63,544 bases of DNA, filler included, from Octopus bimaculoides (GCF_001194135.2; 5 parts of 5 records of this genome joined end to end with filler, not necessarily neighbours in it); one strand, 5' to 3'; shown: positions 13,099 to 25,419, counted from the whole stretch's first letter. Program-made: numbers and translations. Notes: generated by a model not told the origin, from the letters alone.

Positions 13099-13732
13099 AC
13101 GCGCATGTCCCTTGGTAATTCTCTGTATAGAGCGTGATCTTAGAGTAATATTGGTTGTGATTTCTAGCTTCTCTGTTGGACGCTATTAAGCTCCTATTTC
13201 ATCTTCACTGAGCATAACTATAATCAAAAGGCATTCCTATACTGACCATCCCGTCATTTATTCATACAACATCGAGGATTACATTATCCAAAATGTAGTT
13301 TATTTGTTTATTTTTCTCAGACTTTTGAGGGAGATTTTAGCTGCTATTTCTCATAGACCAATTATTTCACGCTCATACTTCGTTCTTGATTCATGTTCCT
13401 GGTTGTAGTAAATTCATTTAGGAGACTTTAAAGCTGTAGAGGTGGTAGTGGATCCAGTTGTAGGAGGTAAGTAGCAACTGTTGTAGAGGTGGCAGTAGAA
13501 GGCAAATAGCTGATGCACTTGAAGCTGATGCGGTAAACACTACAGCAAGCCACAAGTAGCAGCAGCAGCAGAAACAAGTCGATGGTAGTTGTCTATGTGC
13601 GTTTGCCAGGGGATTTCCTGAGTAAAGTGAAACTTAGCAGTTGAAGTGATCGCGACGGTTTCTAGCATATGCGGTTTGTTTACGGTTATTGAAATGAGAT
13701 AACATTGTGTTCGATATATGTAGTGATGAATG

Positions 13733-14508
13733 TGGCGAACTGGTAAAACTATTAGCACGCCGGCCGAAATGCTTAGCGGTATTTCGCCTGTCGTTTCGTT
13801 CTGATTTCAAATTCCGTCGAGGTCGACTTTGCCTTTCATCCTTTGGGGCCCGATAAATTAAGTACCAGTTCCATACTGGGGTCTATTTAATCGACTGGGC
13901 CCCTCCACAAAAATTTCGGGCCGTGTGCCTAGATTAGAAAAAAAATATATGTAGTTATGAAGGCGGCGAGCTGGCAGAAACGTTAGAACGCAGAGCGAAA
14001 TACTTCGTGGCATTTCGCCAGTATCTTCATTCTGAATTCAAATTCCGCCGGGGTCATTTTTAAAAGGCGGTCAGCTGGCAGAAATGTTAGCATGCCAGGC
14101 GAAATGCTTAGCGGTATTTAGCCAGCCGTTATGTTCTGAGGTCAAATTCCGCCGAGGTCGACTTTGACTTTCATCCTTTCGGGATCGATAAATTAAGTAC
14201 CAGTCACGCAATGGAGTCGATGTAATCGACTTAATCCCTTTGTCTGTCCTTCTTTGTCTGTCCTTCTTTGTCCCCTCTGTGTTTAGCCCCTTCTGCGCAA
14301 TAAAGAAATAAGAAACGTTAGAACGTCGGGCGAAATGCTTAGTGGTATTTCGCCTCACGTACACGTTCTCAGTTCAAATTCCGTCGAGGACGACTTTGCC
14401 TTTCATCCTTTCGGGGTCGATAAATTAAGTACCAGTTGCATACTGGGTCGATCTAATCGACTGGCCCCTCCCCCAAAATTTTCGGCCATTGTGCCTAGAG
14501 TAGAAAAG
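13733..14508 (+). mobile_element. SINE family B, head-to-tail array of four copies or fragments
   Basis: Repeated AAGGCGGCGAGCTGGCAGAAACGTTAG...GAGTTCAAATTCCGCCGAGGTCGACTTTGCCTTTCATCCTTTCGGGGTCGATAAATTAAGTACCAG, starting near 13733, 13960, 14064 and 14312. Confidence 0.88.
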
Positions 14509-14651
14509 GATGTATGTAGTGATGTATCCTTTCACTGTGGAATGAGACGAGATTGGTTTGACACCGTTGGAAGAAAGCTTTTTCGTGTAATTAGTGCTAA
14601 TTTGGCGTGAGAGGATTTGGTAAGCGGGGAATAGCTGCATATGATCATTCG

Positions 14652-14864
14652 TTTCTACTCTAGGCACAAGGCCCGAAATTTGGGGAGAGGGGGCCAGTCG
14701 ATTAGATTAACCCCAGTACGAAACTGGTACCTTATTTATCGACCCCGAAAGGAAAAAAAGGCAAAGTCAACCTCGGCAGAATTTGAGCTCAGAACGTAAA
14801 GACAGACAAAATACTGCTAAGTACTTCGCCCGGCGTGCTAACGTTTCTGCCAGTTCGCCGCCTT
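14652..14864 (-). mobile_element. SINE family B, inverted relative to the adjacent array
   Basis: Full reverse-complement copy about 143 bp from the 14312-14508 copy. Confidence 0.88.
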
Positions 14865-15812
14865 CCTGCCTATGATTATTGAGGAATTAAGGACAGTATA
14901 GTCTGCTTCGAAGCAGTTATTCTGCGTATCACGCCAGGGCGTTCCGACAGAAAGTTAACTATAAAAGAGGAGTGGTGTACTTTACACAGAAATTCGTGTG
15001 TTATGTGCATGTCACTCCGCCGATATTAAGGGCAGGCGCTCTACTTTTACCAAATTTCTAGAGGGTTAGAACTCATTGGCGGCTGACATCAGAGGATAGA
15101 TTGCCATTAGATCTTATTTACGAAAGCTCTACGATGTTCAGTACGGATGGAGAGATAAGATATTCGTGGTTAAAGGACAAGATATTATAAATTAGTACAA
15201 GTGGATCGTAGCTAGCCCGGTCAAAAGAGTTGGTCTACTAGTGTAAGGAGCACGCTGTAGTGTCTTTCGATATATTTTATGGACCTCGAACAGCTGATAG
15301 GCGAAAATAACCTCAGCGGAACTTGAATTCATAAAGTAAGAAACTGAAAGAGATGCTTAACCTCTCGCAACGAAAATAATGCAAGGTACAATATTAGGGT
15401 CAGTTTTCTTATTGGTTTGAAGCAACGGGAATTAATTTCAAATTTGATGCGTGTATATGTATAATAGTTAAAATGATAGAGTGAAAAAAGATCACTTTTG
15501 ATCAGATTCAGCTAATAGGTACTATGTGGAGGTAAATGAAAAGTGGGCAGCGAATATAAAGAATTTCATCGCAGCAGTACTGATCATGGAACCATTATGG
15601 TTGGCAAATGAAGGTAAGAGGAATTTCTGCTGTCTTGTCAATGATTCTTTAGGCTAGGAATACAAGATATCACCTGTAGTTTGGGAGAGAGCAGGAGTCG
15701 TTCCAGCAGCGTGAAAGTGCGCAACCATATCACACAGTATGGATGATAATCATTCGGAAGTTATTGTGGTGAAGAGCCATCCCTTTGTAGGGGTAAGAGA
15801 GAGAGAGAGAGG

Positions 15813-15900
<88 letters not shown>

Positions 15901-16532
15901 GCGATGTTAAATCCAATTTATCAAACGAATGCGTGGAAGTTCACCCTTTGGCTAGCATTGTCCGTTTGGTTCTTTGTTCTCAATCCGGTAACAACAAACT
16001 TATAATCAAACTCCGCAGACAACATTCCTTCGTGTTTATAGGAAAAAAAAAAAATTGCAATGCTAAATGTGTCCATCGGTTTTTGAACGAGAGAAGACTG
16101 TGATTAAGATGGAATATGACTGCTATTTCTAGCAGTGTAAAGGCTCCTTCGTTTTCCACAAAAAAAAAGTAATAACAATAGCTTTGATATCAGAATATCT
16201 GATGCGAGTATTTTATACCGTCACTCGAGCTGCTAAATATAATAGGTAAATTACCCTCAAAATAAATACTACTTCTAAAATTAAAAAAAATTAATATTGC
16301 TACGTATACGATACTCATTGAAATGTTAATTGTTTCGATCAACGAAGGCCGTTCAGTCAGTGCTGACTTGGAATTACTGGGGGAATCTCTTCGTGGTGGT
16401 CACCGTGTTAAAAATAGTAGTAAAAACTTAATCGGATTTGATCATATATCCGTCCTCGATGCCTTGAGTAGAATAATGCCTTGCCTTGAGTAGAATAATA
16501 CCAACAAGAAGGTGGCAGTAACAGCAGAGGTA

Positions 16533-17658
16533 CAGGGTGGAGCAGAGAAGATGGACGTTTTTTTGAAATGGCTATTACTCATATGTCCGACAGGTACCAT
16601 TCAGTAAGTGGTATTTTAGCATTTTTGTTTTTTTTTATGTGAACCCATGCCGCTTTGTGAACCCATGGCGCTTTTTACGATAGAGCATCGTGTTTGCCTA
16701 CGACAGTTACGTGGAGAATAACGAGTCTGTCATAGCAGTTCAGCGTGAGTTTCGGCACCGCTTCAGCATTCACCGAAATCAGGCTGTTCCCAACCGTAAC
16801 ACAATCTTACGTTGGGTGAATGCACTTCGTACACGATGTACACTAATGAATAGGAAACTAGTGAGAGCGCCACGAATGGTACAGACCCCGGAAAATGTGG
16901 AACGCGTCAGACAAGCTTTGATACGGAGTCCGAATCGCTCTGCTTGGAGATATTCCACTGAACGTGGCATCGGTAATCGATCGGTTAGGTGTATTTTGCA
17001 TGAAGACCAGCATTTCCACACAGCCAGAGCATCAATGGATGATCTTCACTCTCTCTTTAATGACCGCCTCATTTCCAGGTTTGCTGATATTCCTTGGCCC
17101 CCTCGGTCCCTTGATTTGTCCATGTGTTATTATTCCTTGCGGGAAAACCTCAAGGCACGTGTGTTTATTTCTTCACTACCCACAATTGGACAAACAAGAA
17201 CAGACAAACGGATTGAGTCGATTATATCGACCCCAGTGCGTAACTGGTACTTATTTAATCGACCCCGAAAGGATGAAAGGCAAAGTCGACCTCGGCGTAA
17301 TTTGAACTCAGAACGTAGCGGCAGACGAAATACCGCTAAGTATTTCGCCCGGCTTGCTAACGTTTCTGCCAGCTCACCGCCTGTATATATGGGCATTAGC
17401 CCCTTGCATTGGACGATTTGAAGAAAGCTATTCACGTGAAAGTCGCCCAAATCAACAGAACAATGCAGAAGAGTGTGGATGCCAATTTCCAAGAACGTCT
17501 TCAGAAATGCATCATTGAAAACGGATGTTGTTCTTCTCCCTTGATTTAACAAATGGTAATCCAATACAAACACATTGATGTCAATAAAATTTGTTTGCAG
17601 CTAAAATTAATGATTTTGTGAAATTTTCAAAAACGTCCGTCGTCTCTGTCCCACCCTG
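16533..17658 (+). mobile_element. Internally deleted Tc1/mariner-superfamily element (rosa/maT-like) carrying a SINE insertion
   Basis: TA flanks; TIRs CAGGGTGGAGCAGAGAAGATGGACGTTTTT and rc CAGGGTGGGACAGAGACGACGGACGTTTTT. N-terminal SVIAVQREFRHRF...TPENVERVRQALIRSPNRS is joined directly to LISRFADIPWPPRSLDLS...LKARVF, and later LDDLKKAI...RLQKCIIENG. The first two catalytic D regions are missing, so the subfamily is uncertain. Confidence 0.85.
17170..17382 (-). mobile_element. SINE family B nested inside the 16533-17658 transposon
   Basis: Interrupts the transposase remnant just after LKARVF. Confidence 0.85.
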
Positions 17659-17704
17659 TAGATGTTGCGACCTCAGAAGCAAGTTATTGTATATCGTGGT
17701 CTCT

Positions 17705-18440
17705 AACAGTAGAAGTGGCAGAAAAAAAAAACTGTAAAGAAGTGTACATCAGAAGTAGAAGTCGTGGTAGCAACTGAGATGAAGCTGTATTTAGAAGTGG
17801 TGGTAGTGGTGGTAGCAATTAAAACGAGGCTGAATTGAGAAACAGATAGACGTAGCCACTGAAACGAGGCTTCATTCAGAAGTAGAGGCCGTAGTAGCAA
17901 CTGAAAAGAGGCTGAATTAAAAGGTAGAGTTGGTAGCAGTAACTGAAAAGAAGCTGAATTAAAAGGTAGAGGTGATAGTTGCAACTGAAACTACGCTGCA
18001 CATAGAAGTAGAGGTTGAAGTAGCGACTGAAACGAGGCTAAATTAGAAGTAGAGGTAGAAGTAGCAACTGAAGCGAAGTTGAACTGAGAAGTAGCGGTAG
18101 AAGTAGCAATTGAAACAACGCTGCAAGCAGAAGTGGAGGTAGACGTAGCTGCTGAAACGAGGCTGCATTCAGAATTAGAGGCGGTAGAAGCAACTGAAAC
18201 GAGGCTGAATTTAAAAACAGAAGTGGTGGTAGCAAATGAAGTAAGCTACTTTCAGAGGAGGAGCTTGTGTGAACAATCGAAACGAAGTTGATGTCAAAAG
18301 TGGAGGTACTGGTAGCAGATCCATAAGACTGCATTCAGAAGTGGAGGTGGCAGTTGCAACTGAAGTCGTGCTTCTCCTAGACGCGGAGGTAGAAGTAGCA
18401 GCTGTATTAGGAGGTTGGTCTCGAATGTCGTGGTGGTAGT
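17705..18440. repeat. Degenerate minisatellite, unit about 42-48 bp
   Basis: Recurrent AGAAGTAGAGGT(A/G)GTAGCAACTGAAACGAGGCTGAATT. Confidence 0.75.
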
Positions 18441-18516
18441 ATCAAATGTTACGAAGTTGCTTTCAGAAGAAACCCAGCTGTCGTAGAAATAATAGTAACA
18501 ATACTCGAATCTCTTT

Positions 18517-19450
18517 AAGGCGGCGAGCTGGCAGAANNNNNNNNNNNNNNNNNNNNNNNNNNNNNNNNNNNNNNNNNNNNNNNNNNNNNNNNNNNNNNNN
18601 NNNNNNNNNNNNNNNNNNNNNNNNNNNNNNNNNNNNNNNNNNNNNNNNNNNNNNNNNNNNNNNNNNNNNNNNNNNNNNNNNNNNNNNNNNNNNNNNNNNN
18701 NNNNNNNNNNNNNNNNNNNNNNNNNNNNNNNNNNNNNNNNNNNNNNNNNNNNNNNNNNNNNNNNNNNNNNNNNNNNNNNNNNNNNNNNNNNNNNNNNNNN
18801 NNNNNNNNNNNNNNNNNNNNNNNNNNNNNNNNNNNNNNNNNNNNNNNNNNNNNNNNNNNNNNNNNNNTGAGTTCAAATTCTGCAGAGGTCTATTTTTTAT
18901 TTCGGGGTCGATAAATTAAGTACCAGTTGTGTATTGGTGTCGATCTAATCGACTGGCCCTCTCCCCAGAAGTTTCAGGCCTTGTGCTTAGAGTAGAAAAG
19001 AACATTTCAGGGCAGCGAGCTGGCAGAAACGTTAGCACGCCGGGCGAAATGCTTAGCGCTATTTTGTCTGTCTTTGCGTTCTGAGTTCAAATTGCTCCGA
19101 GGTCGACTTTTCCTTTCAACCTTTCGGGGTCGAAGAATTAAGTACCAGTTGCGTACTGGGGTCGATCTAATCGACTGGCCCTCTCTCCCAAAATTTCGGG
19201 CATTGTGCCTAGAGTAGAAAAGAATATTAGAATATCTTTGAAAGGCGGCGAGCTGGCAGAATCTTGGCACATCAGATAAAATGCTTACTGACATTTCGTC
19301 CGTCTTTACGTTCTGAGTTCAAATTCCGCCGATGCTGACTTTGCTTTTCATCATTTCAGGGTCAATAATATACGTACAGGTTGAACACTGGGTTCGATTT
19401 AATTGACTTAGCCCCTCCCCCCAGCTGCTGTCCTCGTGCCAAAATTTGAA
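18517..19450 (+). mobile_element. SINE family B, three tandem copies (first is gapped)
   Basis: Heads at about 18517, 19009 and 19241. Confidence 0.85.
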
Positions 19451-20444
19451 TCGAAAATTACAGTCTTTTTTGAAGTCACGGATGTGGACGTCGCCCAAAC
19501 CGAAGGAGGTTCTTATCGCTGATAATACTGCTACTTCCACTGAAACATCTACTGCAGCTACAACTTCCACCCCAGCTGTTATTGTCGCTGTGGTTGCTTG
19601 CCTTCTGATAAACCCCGATCGTGAACAGCATTACTCTATGGTATTTCCCTGATCGATCGTCCTCGATATTTCTAAAATTATCTCGGAACACTTTTTAAGG
19701 TATGATACGTGCAGCATATGGCATCAGTCTTTTTGAAGGCGGAGCGTCCGCATATATCGTCCAACATTGACTCGTTCAACAGATGCTTATTTGCGAAAGA
19801 AAAGACGGTGGAAGAAAATCTGATGGAGTATCAGTTGAGGCTGCAACAATATGATAATGAGATTCTTAGCAGTAGTAAAAGTAGCAGTGGCAGCACCGGA
19901 ATGAAGCCGGAGGTAGTAGCAGAAGTGGTAGGCGAGCTATTATAGAAAGGTTATGGTGTTTGCATTGCTGCGGATCAACTCTTAAATCAGTATTCTGTTC
20001 AAAGGCTTCCTGACCGTGCTCGTCCCATTATTTTCCTATGCACAAGAGATGCAGGATCGCATTATGCAATAAGTCGATTAGAGATTTAGTTGATTTTTCT
20101 AGCGTACCAAGTGACCATGTAGAGACAGTCAGTAGCAGCTGCAGCAGCAGTAGCAGTAGTATTAGTAGTAGCAGTAGCAGTGGTAGTAGTTGCAGCAGCA
20201 GCTTTACTAGGTGCAGCAACATGCAATATAATCGTATGTATATAAGTAGCTATTACACGAAGTAAACAGATTACGAGTGTGCTGTTGTTGCTAAAATTCT
20301 AGATCGAACCAAAGCGTTCCTGTCGTGACCATTCCGTCTCTTTCTTTCAAAAGTGTATATACAGACAGTTCGAGTGACTCAAGCAGCAATTTTTAGGTAG
20401 GTTAGTTATAAATAAACTACTGTATACTAATAGTACAGCAACGT

Positions 20445-21102
20445 AAGGCGGCAAGCTAGCAGAAACGTTAGCAAGCCGGGTGAAATGCTTAGCGGTATTT
20501 CGTCTGCCGTTAGGTTCTGAGTTCAAATTCCGCCGAGGTCGAGTTTGCTTTCAACCTTTCGGGGTCGATAAATTAAGTACCAGTTGCGCACCAGTGTTAT
20601 GGCGTTTGTATTGCTGCAGATCAACAGTGTAGTGTGTGTTGTGGAGAAGGGTCCGGCAATTATTATTGGGTTGCCGTAGCTGTGTGGCGATGTAAATCTA
20701 ATACTACGCTGTTTAACATTATATCAGAAATGAGAGTCTAAACCTCTGATCATAGCCCAATGCAAACGGGACTCTCACAATCGAGATCTGATCCCCCATT
20801 TGAAGACAGCTTTGTATGCGATTAGTGGGAAATTTCCGGTGTTTTACTTCGATGTAATCGACTTAATCCCTTTGTCTGTTCTTGTTTGTCCCCTCTATGT
20901 TTGGCCCCTTGCGAGCAATAAAGAGATAACAATTGCTTGCATGCTGGGCGAAATGCTTAGCGGTATTTCGTCTGCTGTTACATTCTGAGTTCAAACTCCG
21001 CCGAGGTCGACTTTGCCTTTCATCCTTTCAGGGTCGATAAATTAAGTACCATTTGTCCCCTCCCCCAAAATGTCGGGCCTTGAGCCTAGAGTAGAAGAGA
21101 AT
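20445..21102 (+). mobile_element. SINE family B pieces interleaved with a 212-bp repeat
   Basis: Head and body at 20445-20590, alternative tail at about 20848-20930, further copy at about 20942-21102. Confidence 0.8.
20624..20835 (+). repeat. Direct repeat, copy 1 (about 210 bp)
   Basis: GAGAAGGGTCC...GTAAATCTAATACTACG...GAGTCTAAACCTCTGATCATAGCCCAAT...GATTAGTGGGAAATTT; matches 22735-22944. Confidence 0.9.
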
Positions 21103-21677
21103 AGTATAGCCACGTAGTTAACTAGCAACTGCAGTGATGGAGAGTTTAAAAGAACGGTCGCAGAGTAGCGGCGGATCAGTAGTGCGGCAGATTTCACGGT
21201 CCAGCGTCAATGGTAGTTGGGAACAGTAGACTACCAATAGTAAAGGGTTGGAGATTAAGTGGATGTAATGATGGGGTGGTAGTCTACGGATTGCGGTAGT
21301 CAAGTGTATTGCAATAACGGTGATCTCGCAGGTGTAGACAAGTTGCTATCGGGCAGCTCTAACAGAGTAGCTATTGTCGAGCGGTTGTAGAGGTGGTCAA
21401 ACGCTTGTTCGCGTAGTGTAGCAATTATAGTTGAGGAGCAGGCTAAATCGGGATTGTACTTGAGCAGCGGTAGGCCTCCGTATGTATTGGAGACTGGGTT
21501 CATGTGATTTTGACGGACTCGTACCAAGTTGAGTATCAGTTGAGTTTCTGTCTAATGTGCGCAGTGGATTGACAATGTGGGGTCTATAGAGGTGTGACGG
21601 TTCTGTTGTGGTGTACAGGAGTGACGATCTAGAGTGTGTAGGAAAGTGTGGGTCTAATGTAGGGGTTCGCATCCATC

Positions 21678-21948
21678 TTTACCTCCGTTTTAGCAAAGAC
21701 GGAGGCATTGTTTTTCAGTCGGGTTTGTTTGTTTGTCCGTGGACAAGATATCTCAAGAACCGCTGGATGAATTCGGATGAAACTTTCAGGGATATTTGTC
21801 CTCTTGACTGGAACGAACTGTTTAGATTTCGGGATCGATCTGGTATTGAACAAGGATTCTGGATAATTTTTCCTGTTTTTTACTTAATTTTAGAGAGCGG
21901 TCGGGTTCATTTTTAGCATTCTCGTTTTGGGAGAGCTGTCGAGTTTAA
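21678..21948 (+). mobile_element. Helentron/DINE-like non-autonomous element, 5' part (gap follows)
   Basis: TTTACCTCCGT...ACGGAGG subterminal hairpin (21682-21705), GTTTGTTTGTTTGTCC tract, then GATATCTC...GGATGAAACTT core. Pattern recognised from memory only. Confidence 0.55.
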
Positions 21949-22700
21949 NNNNNNNNNNNNNNNNNNNNNNNNNNNNNNNNNNNNNNNNNNNNNNNNNNNN
22001 NNNNNNNNNNNNNNNNNNNNNNNNNNNNNNNNNNNNNNNNNNNNNNNNNNNNNNNNNNNNNNNNNNNNNNNNNNNNNNNNNNNNNNNNNNNNNNNNNNNN
22101 NNNNNNNNNNNNNNNNNNNNNNNNNNNNNNNNNNNNNNNNNNNNNNNNNNNNNNNNNNNNNNNNNNNNNNNNNNNNNNNNNNNNNNNNNNNNNNNNNNNN
22201 NNNNNNNNNNNNNNNNNNNNNNNNNNNNNNNNNNNNNNNNNNNNNNNNNNNNNNNNNNNNNNNNNNNNNNNNNNNNNNNNNNNNNNNNNNNNNNNNNNNN
22301 NNNNNNNNNNNNNNNNNNNNNNNNNNNNNNNNNNNNNNNNNNNNNNNNNNNNNNNNNNNNNNNNNNNNNNNNNNNNNNNNNNNNNNNNNNNNNNNNNNNN
22401 NNNGTTGAGGACCACTGGTCTAGTGTGTGTAGACGAGTGAGGGCAGCATAGTGCGTGTAGAAGAATGGTGGTGTAGTATGTATACAGGAGTGGTGGTCTG
22501 GTGAGAGTTACAAGAGTGGTGATCGGGTGGGTGATGAGGTGTGTTGATCTAGTGTGTTACGAGAGAATGTAACGTTGTAGTGGAGTGGCGATCTGAGTGT
22601 GGTTTATAGGAGGAGCGGTGTAGATTGTGTAGCGAAGTGTCGATCTAGGTGGTGCAGGCAGGGGAAGTAGCGTAGCATGTGTACAGGGTTGGTGGTCTAT

Positions 22701-22730
22701 AGGGTTAGGGTTAGGGTTAGGGTTAAGGGG
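22701..22730 (+). repeat. Interstitial telomeric-type tract AGGG(TTAGGG)3TTAAGGGG
   Basis: Read directly from the sequence. Confidence 0.9.
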
Positions 22731-22734
22731 ATTG

Positions 22735-22944
22735 ACAGTATAGTGTGTTTGGGAGAAGGGTCCAGCAATTATTGTTGGGTTGCCGTAGCCGTATGACGAT
22801 GTAAATCTAATACTACGTTGTTTAACATTATATTAGAAATCAGAGTCTAAACCTCTGATCATAGCCCAATATAAACCGGACTCTCACAATCAAGATATGA
22901 TCCCTCATTTCAAGACAGCTTTGTATGCGATTAGTGGGAAATTT
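22735..22944 (+). repeat. Direct repeat, copy 2
   Basis: Matches 20624-20835; begins 4 bp after a TTAGGG tract. Confidence 0.9.
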
Positions 22945-23284
22945 GACTGCTATTTCAGACAGCTCAAGTAATATTTTCTCTTTTTGTTACAGTTCTGTTG
23001 GATTTCAGCCAGGGGTGAAATTAGGCGCATGGCCATATCATATTACTGTTGTTATGAAGGTGATGGGCTTGTTGATTTTCTGGTTGTTAGTGATGTTGAT
23101 TGTAGTGGTGATCATAGCGTCTACTGTGTTGTGTTGTTGTTGTTATTGTTGTTGTTGTTGGTGGTGGTGGTCTTTCTGTGGGGGTGATAATTGCAGTGAT
23201 GGACACTGACCATCACTGCAATTATAACATTTATTGCGTAATTGTATTGTTCAGTGCAAGGTCAGGTCTAATAATGAAGACTTA

Positions 23285-24561
23285 CAGGGTTTGGACAAAA
23301 AAATGGAAACACCTAGCATCATAGCATGATAATTTTAAAATATCTATAAAACCGTCAAAAGCTTGTTTATTTTTATGTTTTTTAATTTATTATTAGTGTT
23401 GCTAAATATGTTTTTTTTAAATTGCTGTTTCTTTCAAGATATCATCAGAAAAAGATAATTAAAATTCATTAAAATGACTAATCTATCTTACTTTCAAAGA
23501 GGCCAAATTGTTGGTGCTCGTATGGCAGGCGCTAGAGTAACAAAAACAGTCGAAATGTTTGGTTATCAAGAAGTACTGTCTCGAACGTAATGACAGCCTT
23601 TGAGAAAGACGGAAAAACCTCCTCGTCGAAGCAAAACTCCGGAAGAATATCAAAACATTCAGATAGGAGCCGTCGGACTCTTACGCGAATTGTTAGAAAG
23701 GATCACAAAAGTACAGCTCCCAAAATTACTGCAGAGCTTAATGACCACCTTGAGAACCCAGTTTCCGCAAAAACTATTAGCCGAGAGCTGCACAAAACCG
23801 GATTTCACGGGAAGGCTGCAATCAGAAAACCACTACTTTCAAAAATATGTTGCAAAGCGATTAGAGTGTAGTTAAAGCTTACAGAATTGGTCCCTAGAGC
23901 AATAGAAGAATGTTATCTTCTCGGACGAGTCTTCCTTTACTTTATTTCCAACCACCGTCCGAGTATATGTGGAGACAGCCAAAAGAAACATTTGACCCAG
24001 ACTACCTTCTTCCGACTGTCAAACATGGAGATGGATCTGTGATGAATTGGAGGTGGGGGGGGACTATATCTTGGAAATCCACCGGCCCAATGGTTTCTCA
24101 TTATGGCAGAATTAATAGTAAAGACCATTTAAGCATTTTATCGGATCAAATTCATCCTATGGTTGCGGAACTGGTTCCGCTGGGAAACGCAATCTTTCAG
24201 GATGACAATGCACCAATTCACACAGCTAAATTTGTTACTGAATAGCACGAGGAACATTCTAGTGAAGTTGAACGTTTTATCTGGTCGTCACAGTCCCCAG
24301 ATCTCAATATTATGGAACATTTATGGTGCATTTTAGAAAAACAAGTAAGGAGTCGATATCCTCCACCATCATCAAAACAATAACTGGAGACTGCTTTAGC
24401 GGTACAATGGACAAAAATTCCTTTGGAAAAAATTCAAACTTTGCATGAGTCCATACCTCATAGAATGCAAGTTGTAATTACTGCCAAAGGCGGTCCTACC
24501 CTATAATAAAATAAATTTGTTTGAAATTTTAAGGTGTTTTCTTTATTTTGTCCAACCCCTG
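23285..24561 (+). mobile_element. Complete TIR-to-TIR Tc1-like DNA transposon (1277 bp), decayed transposase with DD36E spacing
   Basis: TA on both flanks (23283-84, 24562-63); about 30-bp imperfect TIRs CAGGGTTTGGACAAAAAAATGGAAACACCT and rc CAGGGGTTGGACAAAATAAAGAAAACACCT; motifs SDES, VKHGDGSVM, FQDDNAPIH, SPDLNIMEHLW; stops and frameshifts present. Confidence 0.93.
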
Positions 24562-25419
24562 TATGACTAAAGGTATTCCGTAAGTGCCCATCACCATATT
24601 TCTCTAAGTGCAAGGAACATTGGTGCATTAACCAACTTGCCTATTTTTGAGACGGTAAGGGAACATTTGAAGAACGTATTGTTTATATATAGTCGTATAG
24701 GGGTAGGCATGGCTGTGTGGTAAGAAGCTTGCTTCCAAACCATTTCCTTCTCTCCTTGTCAATTTTGTTATTTATGCCAAACGTACCTTATACGTACATA
24801 CACCAGTATATTTTCAGTTAAATTGCAATACAAAAAATTTCATTCCGTGGAATCGTACTTACATGCTATTATTCGTATATGAAAATATATAGAATAAAAC
24901 CATTTTCTCCTAATGTTAAAAAGTTGTACTTTTAATTACTCAGACAGCGAATGTATCTGAAAATTTGACACATTTTCACTCTTTTATAAATATTTAATTC
25001 ATGCATACATAAATATATACATACGGGCATAAATGCACGCGTACATACGCCCACGCACCCACTCAAACACACACATTACATATATTTCTATAATACTGTC
25101 ATTATCGGAATTCCCTTGTAAACATTGCTGAAATTGGAACATAGATTCACATTTAAATTATTTATATATTGAAACAGTCATGTTTATGCCTTCGATATAT
25201 CGGGCTGTTAATTTTTATAACGATTTATATTATGTATCAAATATAAAAGAAACAAAGCAATTAACACTCCGATTCAAAGTGTATAATAACTGAATATTTT
25301 AGAAATATCAAATAATAAATGAAACGTGAGATAAATAAATTATTTTCTATCTTCTAGTTACACATGTTCTGAAGTAATGGTTTTCGCTGAACAATTTTAA
25401 TGACATTTATTTCTTTATT

